Shown: piece by piece, positions 1 to 11,937 of the stretch
How positions within the stretch are numbered: position 1 is the stretch's first letter
How the letters are laid out: every line of letters starts with the position of its first letter
NCBI RefSeq assembly: GCF_006345805.1
Contig: NC_042997.1
Location: forward strand, 199,454,001 to 199,518,000
Source of the DNA: Octopus sinensis
Lineage: Eukaryota
Reading direction: 5' to 3'
Length of the DNA stretch: 64,000 nt
The notes under the pieces: generated by a model
Databases searched by the model: none
What the model was told of the DNA's origin: nothing
What the model saw: the letters and a program-made list of their open reading frames with translations, nothing else
Made by a program: the position numbers and the translations under genes

Positions 1-124
1 TTTACCTTTCATCCTTTCGGGGTCGATTAAATAAGTACCATTTACAAACTGTGGTCGATGTAATCGACTTAATCCCTTTGTTTGTCTCCTCTATGTTTAG
101 CCCCCTGTGGGCAATAAAGAAATA
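1..124 (+). mobile_element. 3' part of tRNA-derived SINE 'family A' (long tail)
   Basis: Core CCTTTCATCCTTTCGGGGTCGATTAAATAAGTACCA and tail GTTTAGCCCC..GTGGGCAATAAAGAAATA, both shared with many copies in the window. Confidence 0.85.
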
Positions 125-620
125 AATATATTTTTAAAAAGATGAAAAATTTTGGTAGTAATTCTTTTGTGTTAGCCCCAGTCAGTTCTGTTGAAACAAC
201 TCAGTACCACAGAGGTAGTCAATATATTTACAAGGTGCAGACCACAGATCCAGTGCTCCAGATATTTACCATTTTGGGAACTATGTCATGTACTCCAAGT
301 TACAAGATCTTATCATATAAAGTACAATGTCCCAGTCTGTGAATGTTGCATTCCCTGCTATGTCAAGTATGTTCTTGCAAAATCGTTGTTGTGTTTGTTA
401 TTGTCATTTAGTTACAGATTATCCTCGCTTAAGCAGACCAGTTGCATAAACTTACAATCTATAAAACCGCTAGTAACATTTTGACCAATTATAAGTCAAT
501 TGCTCATCAGTATAAAAGTATACACACTTACCACTTGCTCCCTTCCCTCGATTACTCCTTTATACACTTAATATTTCTCTTTCTCGTGATCCCTATGCTT
601 CTTTTGCTCTTTTTTATTTT

Positions 621-656
621 CCTTCTGATGAAAGACTAACGCCTGAAATATTAAGG
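621..656 (+). ncRNA. Minimal type I hammerhead-ribozyme motif (Penelope-type)
   Basis: CCTT-CTGATGA-A-AG(8 nt)CT-GAAA-TAT-T-AAGG: intact catalytic boxes, 4-bp helix I (CCTT/AAGG) and a palindromic ATAT mini helix III. Confidence 0.55.
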
Positions 657-1033
657 TTCTTTCTTCACTGTAATGGAAACCTAATGCTATATTCATTAAA
701 CTCCATCCAGTTCATTTTCGTGTTTATTGTCTTTACAAACACACACACACAATATATATGTATATACACACACCAATATATATATACATACAATATACAC
801 ACCAATATATATACATACATACATGCATATATGGGTACAGGACATCACCAAAGGTGCAAATAACATGAATTACATAAACAAATGAGTTAAATATGTAAAC
901 AACAAGAAAAAAAATGGAAAACAGGACAACTAAACACAGAGAAAGGACCCTTCATCAGTTGTTGGCTGCCTATCTACTCTTCATTTCCGGCATTCAATGA
1001 CAATGAGTCTTCAAAGACAGTTGGTCCCATAAA

Positions 1034-1156
1034 TTCATCATCATCGTTTAACGTCCGCTTTCCATGCTAGCATGGGTTGGACGGTTCAACTGGGGTCTGG
1101 GGAGCCCGAAGGCTGCACCAGGCCAGTCAGATCTGGCAGTGTTTCTACAGCTGGAT
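1034..1156 (-). mobile_element. 3' tail of RTE-type LINE/SINE ending in (GAT)n
   Basis: Reverse complement of CCAGCTGTAGAAAC...CCATGCTAGCATGGAAAGCGGACGTTAAACGATGATGATG; same tail as 21090-21210. Confidence 0.75.
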
Positions 1157-1336
1157 TCTAAAGTAAAATTTAGGATTTATGGAGAGTCAAAGCTGGGAAC
1201 AAAAACATGACAGTGGAGACATACAGGGAAACCGAACGAAAACAAATATGGAGGGTTGTTAGACCAGGATGAGAGGAAAATAGTGAATGCTGTGAGGATA
1301 AGTATTATAGAATAAGTACTAGCCTTACAAGACGAA

Positions 1337-1569
1337 GGTGGCGAGCTGGCAGAAACGTTAGCACGCCGGGCGAAATGCGTAGCTGTATTTCGTCTGTTGT
1401 TACGTTGTGAGTTCAAATTCCGCCGAGGTTGACTTTGCTTTTCATCCTTTCGCGGGTCGATTAAATAAGTACCATTTACGAATTGGGGTTGATATAGTCG
1501 ACTTAATAACTATGCCTATCCTTGTTTGTCCCCTCTGTGTTTAGCCCCTTGTGGGTAATAAAGAAATAA
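1337..1569 (+). mobile_element. Full-length SINE family A inserted into a family B tail, with a 20-bp target-site duplication
   Basis: Head GGTGGCGAGCTGGCAGAAACGTTAG and B box GAGTTCAAATTCC. AATAAGTACTAGCCTTACAA is duplicated at 1311-1330 and 1566-1585. Confidence 0.9.
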
Positions 1570-2030
1570 GTACTAGCCTTACAAAGAATGTCCTGGGGTC
1601 AATTGGCTCGACTAAAGGCGGTGCTCCAGCATGGCTGCAGTCAAATGACTGACACAAGTAAATGAGTAAAAGAGCATACAATAAAATGGATGGGCGAGGG
1701 TATTATGTGGCCATGAGGGTGGGTGGTGGGGGCAGTGACCCAAAATGTTTGAGAACCTCTGCTGTAGATGTACTCTTATGATGGTGTTGTTCAAGTATTG
1801 CCAGAATTTTGAAGGAGAAGAGGTTTAAAGATGATGTTGTAGAAGTATCGTTGGAATTATATTACTGAAGTGTTTTTAGAATAGCCTTGCATAAATGGTT
1901 TTATGATGGTGCAGCAAAAGTGTGAAGTGTTGTAGTGTTGTTTTGAAATTTTGTAGAGGCTTTGTTAAGATGGTATTGTAGGTTTGCTGAAATGTGTTAT
2001 TAGCAGAGTATTGTAGAAAGTGTTATCATT

Positions 2031-2369
2031 CTTTTTCTTTATACTTATTTCAGACATTAGGCTGTGGCCATACTGGGGCACTGCCTCAAAGAACTTTTAG
2101 TCAAACGAATCGACCTCAGTACTCTTATTTTTTCTAAGACTGGTACTTATTCTTTTGATTGCTTTTGCCGAACTGCTAAGTTACAGGGATGTAAACACAC
2201 CAACACCAGTTGTCATGCAGTGGCGGAGAACACACAAACAACAGGCTTCTTTTCATGTCCATCTACCAAATCGACTCACAAAGCTTTGGTTGGCTCGAGG
2301 TTATAGAAGTGGTACTGAACCCAGAACCATGTGATTGGGAAGCAAGCTTCTTACCGTATAGCTATACTG
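2031..2369 (-). mobile_element. tRNA-derived SINE 'family B', diverged copy
   Basis: Reverse complement of the copy at 2389-2783, covering head, body and tail. Confidence 0.8.
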
Positions 2370-2388
2370 ATATTAGAATGATTTTGTA

Positions 2389-2783
2389 GACGCAGGAGTG
2401 GCTGTGGTGGTAAGTAGCATGCTTACCAACCACATGGTTCTGGGTTCAGTCCCACTGCATAGCACCTTGGGCAAGTGTCTTCTACTTTCGCCTTGGGCCG
2501 ACCAAAGCCTTGTGAGTGGATTTGGTAAGTGGAATATATATGTATATATGTGGATTTGGTAATATATATGTATATATGTGTGTGTTTGTGTCTGTGTTTA
2601 TCCCCCAACATCGCTTGACAACCGATGCTGGTGTGTTTACATCCCCGTAACTTAGCGGTTCGGCAAAAGAGACTGATAGAATAAGTACTAAGCGTACAAA
2701 AAATAAGTCCTGGGGTTGATTTGCTCGACTAAAGGCGGTGCTCCAGCATGGCCACATTCAAAATGACTGAAACAAGTAAAAGA
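2389..2783 (+). mobile_element. tRNA-derived SINE 'family B', full length
   Basis: A box TGGCTGTGGTGG, B box GGTTCAGTCCC, CORE-like CCTTGGGCAAGT, an internal (TA/TG)n tract, and tail GCATGGCCACATTCAAAATGACTGAAACAAGTAAAAG. Confidence 0.88.
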
Positions 2784-3105
2784 CTATGTTGACTGGATTA
2801 TCTATTAGTGGTGTGTTCAATGGTTGTAAAAGTATTTCATGATGCTTTTTTATAACACATTGTTACGGAAATATTGTTGGGATATTCTTGTAGATGTGTT
2901 CTGAAATATTATTAGATTGGTACCATAGTAGTGTTGTTAACACAGTGTTGTACAAAGGTTGTGATGTTGTAGATTGTTGTAAATGTGTTACTGGAGGTTG
3001 TGGAAGTTTGATTAAGATTTTCTCTTGCAACATCACACATAGACATCCTTGACAACATAGACAGAACAGTTACACAACATTTTGCCAGGAAATCACAAAT
3101 TGCCT

Positions 3106-3253
3106 GAATGGTTTTGTAGAATTGTTATAGAAGTGTAAGAAAGGTGTTCTGGTGGAATGGTTTTTGTAGAATCGTTGTAGAAATGTTAGAAACGTGTTCT
3201 GGTGGAATGATTTTGTAGAATCGTTGTAGAAATGTAAGAAAGGTGTTCTGGTG
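3106..3253. repeat. ~49-50-bp tandem repeat, 3 copies, in a degenerate GTTGTAGA-rich tract
   Basis: Unit GAATGGTTTTGTAGAATCGTTGTAGAAATGTAAGAAAGGTGTTCTGGTG is repeated three times. Confidence 0.8.
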
Positions 3254-3851
3254 TGTTGTAGAAATGTTGTAAAGATAGTGTTGTGGAGTTGCTCTTCCAT
3301 TTGATTAATGTTTGTACAACAAACTGTGCTCTTAATATGTTCCTCGTCTATCTCAATGACAATATGCTGTTTTGGCTGTGTAGCTTACTGCTGTTATTGA
3401 TCTGTCTTTGATCAGCACTAACAGAACGCATATATAATCAAAGTCATATCAGTTCTGATCATCCTATCTATGTTGTCCAATGTGCTTTCCCATTCCCGCA
3501 ACAGTAGAGCATGATGTGTTTATGTTTTAACAGGTCAAATTATCGCAAAAAAAGCCCCCACCATGAGATAATCTGTGAATCTACATTGTGTGCAGCCTGG
3601 CTTGAAATGTATTATTCATTGTTTATTTGTATTATTTTTATTTGTAGTTTGTTGCAAATTTTTGTGCAGTGATTGGATACCTTAGCCTTAACTTGAATAT
3701 TTCTTCATCTATCTGATAATATTATTTGTGCAGTAGTAGTATGATGAATCCTCTTTTCTTTTTTTTTTTTTGTGTGTGTACTATGCATATTACTTATCCA
3801 ATATAAATTTTGTGTATCACCTGCCTCTATTTGAAAATTCCACTATTTCAG

Positions 3852-3965
3852 AATGCGGCAGATATATGACCGTGTTTTCAAAGATGATATCCTCAAGGAA
3901 GATTTGTTGAAAAACCTTGCTTATGCAGCCGATGTATTAGAGGCTGTGCATATTGATGAAACAAA
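3852..3965 (+). CDS. PDE1: PDE1 internal coding exon (end of first calmodulin-binding region): MRQIYDRVFKDDILKEDLLKNLAYAADVLEAVHIDET(K)
   Basis: tttcAG acceptor at 3850-3851 and GTAAGT donor at 3966; 114 nt, phase 2-2. The peptide matches the PDE1 motif DLKKNLEYAA.VLE.VYIDET(R). Confidence 0.93.
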
Positions 3966-5330
3966 GTAAGTATATAGTTAATATTCATGCACTTTATCTA
4001 AATGCTGTAATAATAACTGATTAAAAGCAATTTAAAAGATATATTTTGCTTTTGAAATTAATTTCTTACATTATGCTTAAAATATAGTGTTGATTTACAA
4101 GGAAAACGCTAAAATATAGATTTAAAACAAAACTGAATTTAGGAAGAAAATAAAACTTAAGTTAAAAGTTATTGTGAACTTTATATTTAACAATTTTTCC
4201 CAATGTTTTTAAACAGTTTGTATCAGTATTATTTGACTCTATGGATGCTAAAATACAAAAATATAAAAATAGGCAAATCAGCTGTTTAATTTTGTGTCTT
4301 TTTTATATTGAAAATAAAAAGGTAAGAGCAGTATGTTATATTTTATGAGAATAATCCAGATTTCATTCTATTTAGTATGTAGCTTATCATTCTGAGAAAT
4401 ATGTATATTATTGTAAAATACATTCATTTCAGTTGTTTTATATTCAATAGAAATATATTTTCAATTATTTGTATTGTATTCTTTCGGAAAGTAAATTCTA
4501 GATCTACACATTCTGCTATTAATAAGATTAGATTCTTAAAAGAGAATTTTAAGAGTTATATTAGAGAATTATTTTAATTTATAGCAAGATTACATTATAT
4601 TCAAAGCAAATTTCTTCATTACTACTTAATGAAGATATATAAAATATATGTCTCCCAAATCTCTTTGACCTTAAAATGTTTATATCACATTTAATGTGCA
4701 ATAGATTATAATTCTCAAAATACAAAATATAATAATCAAAACTGAAAATAATGTCAAGTAAAGTGTTTACTCTTTGAATCTCATACCTTCTGGTATGTTA
4801 TGTCCAAGATCAAGACTCATAATTTTCAGTAGTTCAGTCCATTAAATGTACACAAGTATTTTGGAATCATACTTTTAATGTTATAAACAGTGGAAGCACT
4901 GAGTAAGTAACTTGTTGATAAACTACTGAGATTAATAAACATTGCTGTGGTTGATTGCAATAAGCTCGTCAAACACAAGAAAATCAGTGATTGACCCTAT
5001 TTTTCACCCTTACATTTGAGAAATATTGATCAATGATTGAATTTCTATATTCTTCTAGTGTTACTCTCTTAATATTCTTTTCAGTTCTTTTTATGAATTT
5101 TCTTAAAAAGATTTTTTTTTTTTTGTTCATTGTTATTGATTTCTATACATTAGTATATTCATCCAATGATTGCAAATTTCTGACTATTGATATCCATCGA
5201 TAGTTTGAAAATCCATCCAAAAGTAGTTCGAACATGCAGTAGGCAGATTCTCATTTTGGTCTATTATGGTTAAAATTAAGTTAGTTCTATTATTTAAAAT
5301 TTTTACTCAAATTAATTGTTTTATATTATA

Positions 5331-5707
5331 CTAGCAGTATCGCCCGGCGTTGCTCAGGTTTGTTTTGACCCTTTAGAATTGGAATTTTTGAAAAAAATTT
5401 TGCATTATGTAGCTTGTTATTCTCTTTAAGTGAACATTTTTCTGGTTGAAATACACTGAAAACTGGCCACGCAGCAGTCAAAAAATAGCGATTTTCATAG
5501 AAAAAAAGCACCTTTTTAATGTAAATAATTTTTGGTGTTAACATGGTCCAATTTGAATTATTTCTTCTATGAAGGAAGAGCAAGCCTTCTTCTATCATAC
5601 TCTCAATTTTGGTCAACTTGCGCTGCAGGGTTTCGGAGGAGATAGTGTTAGTTGAAGGCTACCAAACCTGCCATACAGACAACTTTAGCTTTATATATAT
5701 AGAGAGA
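5331..5707 (-). mobile_element. Non-autonomous Helitron
   Basis: On the minus strand it starts TC(TC)TATATA and ends with hairpin CCTGAGCAACGCCGGG + CGATACTG-CTAG. It is inserted between A and T with no TSD. Confidence 0.85.
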
Positions 5708-6483
5708 TTTATAAAAGAAGCAAAGACTGATTGAGCTATTAATTTAAACTTTCATCAGTCATATTAAAAATCAATCATTAATGATGAAAGCGGTATTTAA
5801 TACCAAAAGGTATTCTTTATATTCAAGCTTAACATGGATGCCTTGTTAGAACATCAAATACTGCATTATTAGCCTAGAGAATTTGTCAGTCATGGGCACC
5901 AAAATTCCCAGTATTTTCTGATTTAAATTATTAAGCTTATTCTGCAACTCATGAAGTTCCAGTGTCCTTATCAACTCCACTTTAAATGATAACCGACAGA
6001 ATGGCATCAATATTTCAAAGTATTTGAACTTATCTCAATAAAAGCCTGGCTTATTGAACTGAGCTATGCACTGCATGTGTTAATCAGATTCTCTATAAAT
6101 ACCATTTATTTCAAAATGTTTCCTCGTTTCTTTTGTTAATAATGCAAATGTATTTCTGCAATGTTTTGTAGTTTTCAGCTCCACATTATTCTTGTCTTCA
6201 TATTTTCAAATCAGATTTATTGAATATTTAATTTTGACAGTAAAGAGTTCCCCTTTAATAAGTCTTTCTACAAATGTCTACAATGCTATTCATTGTTTCT
6301 TCAACTTCCTCAGAAGGTTCCACCAAGTTTAAGACTTGCTCAAAGTTCAATAATATTACCTGGTTTCTACAATCCACAGATTCTTTGTATTTTCTCAGAA
6401 AAGTCATAGCAGTGCGGTAGTGTTATAGTGAATTCCAGCTTTTGTATATTGCTGTAATTTAAGATTACTTTCATCAGACTAAG

Positions 6484-6806
6484 TGAAGGCATGTATTTTA
6501 GTGGTTAAGGTATTCAGCTCATGATCATAAGGGTGTAAGCTCAATACCCAGCAGTGTGTTGTGTCCTTGAGCAAGACACTTTATTTCATGTTGCTCCAGT
6601 CCACTCAGCCGGCAAAAATAAGTAGTACCTGAATTTCAAAGGGCCAGCCTTGTCACATTCTGTGTCATGCTGAATCACTCTGAGAACTATGTTAAGGATA
6701 TGTGTGACTGTGAAGTACTCAGCCACTTGCACATTAATTTAACAATCAGGCTGTTCTGTTGGTTGAATTAATTAGAACCCTTATCATCATAATCGATTGA
6801 GTGCCA
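6484..6806 (+). mobile_element. tRNA-CORE type SINE
   Basis: Degenerate tRNA head (TAGTGGTTAAGG) followed by CORE-like GTGTCCTTGAGCAAGACACTTT. Confidence 0.7.
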
Positions 6807-7872
6807 ATAAGTTCTTGGGTAATATGGTAGAAACTTGGTTCTCAAAAATACACTCTTCAGGTGATATAATTTTTTTCCCTTTTTCTAAGCAGCTTTAGTG
6901 TTATTGGGGAATTTTTTAATTTTTTTTTACTGTTGTCATTTTTTTATAGAATATCTGAACATCAAAGTGGTTAAATATGTCTGAAATACTTTTAAGGCCC
7001 ACCATTCATAGCTAAAACTATCTTCAGTGCAGTGGATTTGAACTCAAAATGTTTTTGCTGTAAATTCAGTTTCATCCCCTTCCAGGTATCTGCATTGTGT
7101 GGTGGATTTCACAATTGAAGTAGCCAATAATTATTTCTATAAATGGATATTGTGACAGCCATTTCCATACAGTGAATTACATCAATACAAAGTGGTGTTT
7201 GATATAGTTCAGTCAGTGTTTGGTATTCTGCTTCTAAAGATGTTGTCGACATATCTTAGTTAAAATCTGAATTTGAGGAGTTGTGTTCACTAAATATTAC
7301 GGGTGATAATGTTGAACTCGGAGCCATGTATATAATTACTGACAGAAAATTCAGTTGCAAAGAAGACACTCTTATTCATTTCCAGTCTGTCAAAGATAAT
7401 TGATTTGTTCTTCACTAGTTGTCAGAACTGGATAAGAGAAAGACCAAAATCTAAGAGAACTGCATACTACATGTAATTAGTAGGCCTAATTGAGAATCAA
7501 CTTTAATTTGACTGCTTTTAATGAAAGAAATTTTAATAACATTAATATTTATATATTTGTGAATAAAAAACATTGAAATCGTCTAGCTTGTTGCTATGAT
7601 TTCTAAATTCAAGTATATATCAGGAAAAATTTTATGTAAAGTATGACACCTGTAAATGATAAGAAAATATTCCTGATTGGCATTAGATTTAATAGAAAAA
7701 CAAATAGATGAGGATAATATGCCAGTCTATGTATACAATTCTGACAGCACGTTAGAGAGAGAGAAAACTATTAGAGAGATAGTTATAATGAGCAACATTT
7801 CAAGCTATATATTTCAATATATTAAATCAGGATTGGTGAGGCAAACAGGAAAACTAGAACTCAACGCATCAG

Positions 7873-8083
7873 TACATATATATATATAATATATATATAT
7901 TATATACATACATATATAATATACATACATATATATATATATACATACATATATATATACATACATATATATATATATACATACATATATATATATATAC
8001 AGCATATACATACATATACCTACTATATATATATATATATTACATACATATATATTATATATACAACATATATATATATATAT

Positions 8084-8114
<31 letters not shown>

Positions 8115-8854
8115 CATATATATATTATATACATACATATATAATATATATATATACATCATATAATATATTATATAATACATATTATAATATATCATAC
8201 ATACATATATATATATATATTATCCATACATATATATATATACATACATACTATATATACATACATACATATATATATACATACATATATATATATACAT
8301 ACATATATATATATACATACATATATATATATACATACCTACATATATATATATACATACATATATTATATACATACATATATATATCTATATACATACA
8401 TATATATATATACAATACATATATATACATACATACATATACATACATATATATATACATACATATATATATATACATACATATATATATATACATACAT
8501 ACATATATATATATACATACATACATATATATATATATACATACATACTATATATATACATACATACATATATATATACATACATACATAATATATATAC
8601 ATACATACATATATATATACATACATATATATATATATATACATACATATATATTATATATACATACATATATATATATAACATACATATATATATTATA
8701 TACATACATATATATATATATACATACCTATATATATATATATACATACATATATATATATATATATACATACATATATATATATATTACATAATATATA
8801 TATACATACATATAATATACATACATATATATATACATACATATATAGATATAT

Positions 8855-8887
<33 letters not shown>

Positions 8888-9050
8888 CATACATATATAT
8901 ATATACATACATACATATATATATTAATATATACATACATATATATATACATACATACATATATATATATTATATATACATACATATATATATATATATA
9001 TACATACATATATATATATATACATACATATATATAACTACATATATATA

Positions 9051-9086
<36 letters not shown>

Positions 9087-9093
9087 CATATAT

Positions 9094-9124
<31 letters not shown>

Positions 9125-9199
9125 CATACATATATAATACACATATATTATATATATACATACATATATATATATATATATACATACATTATATATATA

Positions 9200-9239
<40 letters not shown>

Positions 9240-9425
9240 ATAATACATCCATATATATATAATATATACATATATATATATATATATAACATACATATAT
9301 ATATATATATACATACAATATAATATATACCATACATATATATATATATATACATACATATATATATATATATAGACATACATATATATATATATATACA
9401 TACATTATATATATACATACATACT

Positions 9426-9474
<49 letters not shown>

Positions 9475-9763
9475 CTATATACATACATACTATATATAAT
9501 ATATATATATACATACATATGTATATATATATAGATATATATATATAATACATACATATATATACATACATATTATATACATACATATATATATATACAT
9601 AATATATATATACATACTACATATATATATATATATACATACATACATATATATATACATACATACATATATATAATACATACATACATATATATATATA
9701 CATACATACATACATATATATATCAACATACATATATATATACATACATATATACATACATAC

Positions 9764-9797
<34 letters not shown>

Positions 9798-9971
9798 ACA
9801 TACATATATATATATTACATACATACATATATACATACATACATATATCATACATACATATAATTATATATATACATACATATATATATATTACATACAT
9901 ACATATATATATATATACATACATACATATTATATATAACATACATACATATATATATAGACATAACATAC

Positions 9972-10002
<31 letters not shown>

Positions 10003-10011
10003 ATACATATA

Positions 10012-10043
<32 letters not shown>

Positions 10044-10044
10044 C

Positions 10045-10075
<31 letters not shown>

Positions 10076-10301
10076 CATATATATAATATATACATATATA
10101 TATATATAATACATATATATATATATATATACATATATACATATATATATATATATACATACATATATATATATATATATACATACATATAATATATATA
10201 CATACTATATATTATACATACATATATATATATATCTACATACATTATATATATACTATACATTATATATATATACATACATATATATATATCCTACATA
10301 C

Positions 10302-10332
<31 letters not shown>

Positions 10333-10345
10333 CATACATATTATA

Positions 10346-10377
<32 letters not shown>

Positions 10378-10661
10378 ACATACATATATATATATACATA
10401 CATTATATATATAACATATATATAAATATTATATATAATACATTATATATATACATACATATATATACATATATATATATATATACACATATATATATAT
10501 ATACATACTATATATATATACATACATATATATATATACATACATATATATATATACATACATATATATATAATATATACATACATATATATATACATAC
10601 ATATATATATACCTACATATATATATACATACATATATATATTACATACATATATATATAC

Positions 10662-10695
<34 letters not shown>

Positions 10696-10788
10696 AATAT
10701 ATAAATATACATACATATATAATATATACATACCTATATATATTATATATACTACATATACATAATCATAATATATATATATATATAT
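7873..10788. repeat. ~2.9-kb compound (TA)n/(TACA)n microsatellite array
   Basis: Continuous TA/TACA low-complexity sequence with almost no G on the + strand. Confidence 0.97.
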
Positions 10789-11409
10789 GAATTAGAAAAA
10801 AACCACCTTTTATCAATTCAAAATGAACAATTAAATTAAAACATCTAGAAAGTTATATATATATTTGGTATATATATTATATTTATTTATTATAATTTGT
10901 GAAATTTGATTTAGTATTTCTAAATTGAATTTTTCCCTGTAAGTTAGGAATAATATTCCCTCAAGTAATAATAATTATTATATATATATATGTATATATA
11001 TAAATATACACACGCATCAGAAGCAGCAGCATGACTCAAGGGCCAAGAGTTTGAAATATTTCAGCCCTAGAGTTACTCTATTACTTCTGCTAAATATTTA
11101 CTAAAAAAAAACCCAAAAAAACACATATATAGAATCTAGTATAAAAAGGAAGAAAAACCGTAAAACAAATAAAAGAAACCATTTGATGGTCACCAGTTCC
11201 TTTCTTATTGTACCTTGTTTATTTCCATGCTTATATATAACATGTAAAAATATACACTTTGAAGAATTATAGCTTGATTTATTTGTGAATTAATTCAAAT
11301 AACAATACCTGTAAAAGAATACAATGTAATCACTCAGAGAAGTTACTGCAGCTTATCAAAATTTCACTTGTAAAATCTGTAGATTTGTTTTTATTGTCTT
11401 TATATATAT

Positions 11410-11441
<32 letters not shown>

Positions 11442-11634
11442 TATCAGTAAGTTTAGTGTGGAAAGACATTCTTTCTTTCACAATAACTTGCTATTTTCTT
11501 TCTTTTTTTTAGTTGATTCCAAGCATAATTGTTTTTCTATAGTGCATGATATCTAAAGTATGAGCTTGGTGCTAGTATTTCAATAAAACTGTTAACTACT
11601 TAGCATGTGCAAATAGAACATAATAATAATAATA

Positions 11635-11901
11635 ATATATACATATGTATATATGTGTGTGTATATATGTGTATATATATATACATGTGAATATATATAT
11701 ATAATATATATATATATATACATATGTGTGTGTATATATATATATACATATATATATGTGTATATATATATATATACATATATGTGTGTGTATATATGTG
11801 TATATATATATAAATATATATGTGGGTATATATATATATATGTATATACATATAAATATATACACACACACGTAAATATATATACACACACACACACACA
11901 C

Positions 11902-11935
<34 letters not shown>
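11635..11935. repeat. Compound (TA)n/(TG)n/(CA)n microsatellite
   Basis: Seen directly in the sequence. Confidence 0.92.

Positions 11936-11937
<2 letters not shown>

Noticed and set aside
3534-3608. Open 75-nt phase 2-2 segment between AG and GT upstream of exon 3852
   Set aside because: The donor (AAT|GTATTA) is weak, the peptide has no PDE1 similarity, and it overlaps a decayed repeat tail.
7084-7087. Pyrimidine tract plus AG|GT, a possible recursive splice site (similar ones near 12587, 36176, 43265)
   Set aside because: The regenerated donors are weak (GTATCT, GTATAA etc.) and such matches are expected by chance in a long AT-rich intron.
11543-11557. 15-nt microexon-like segment (tctatAG|...|GTATGA)
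   Set aside because: It introduces TGA in the required phase and has no other support.
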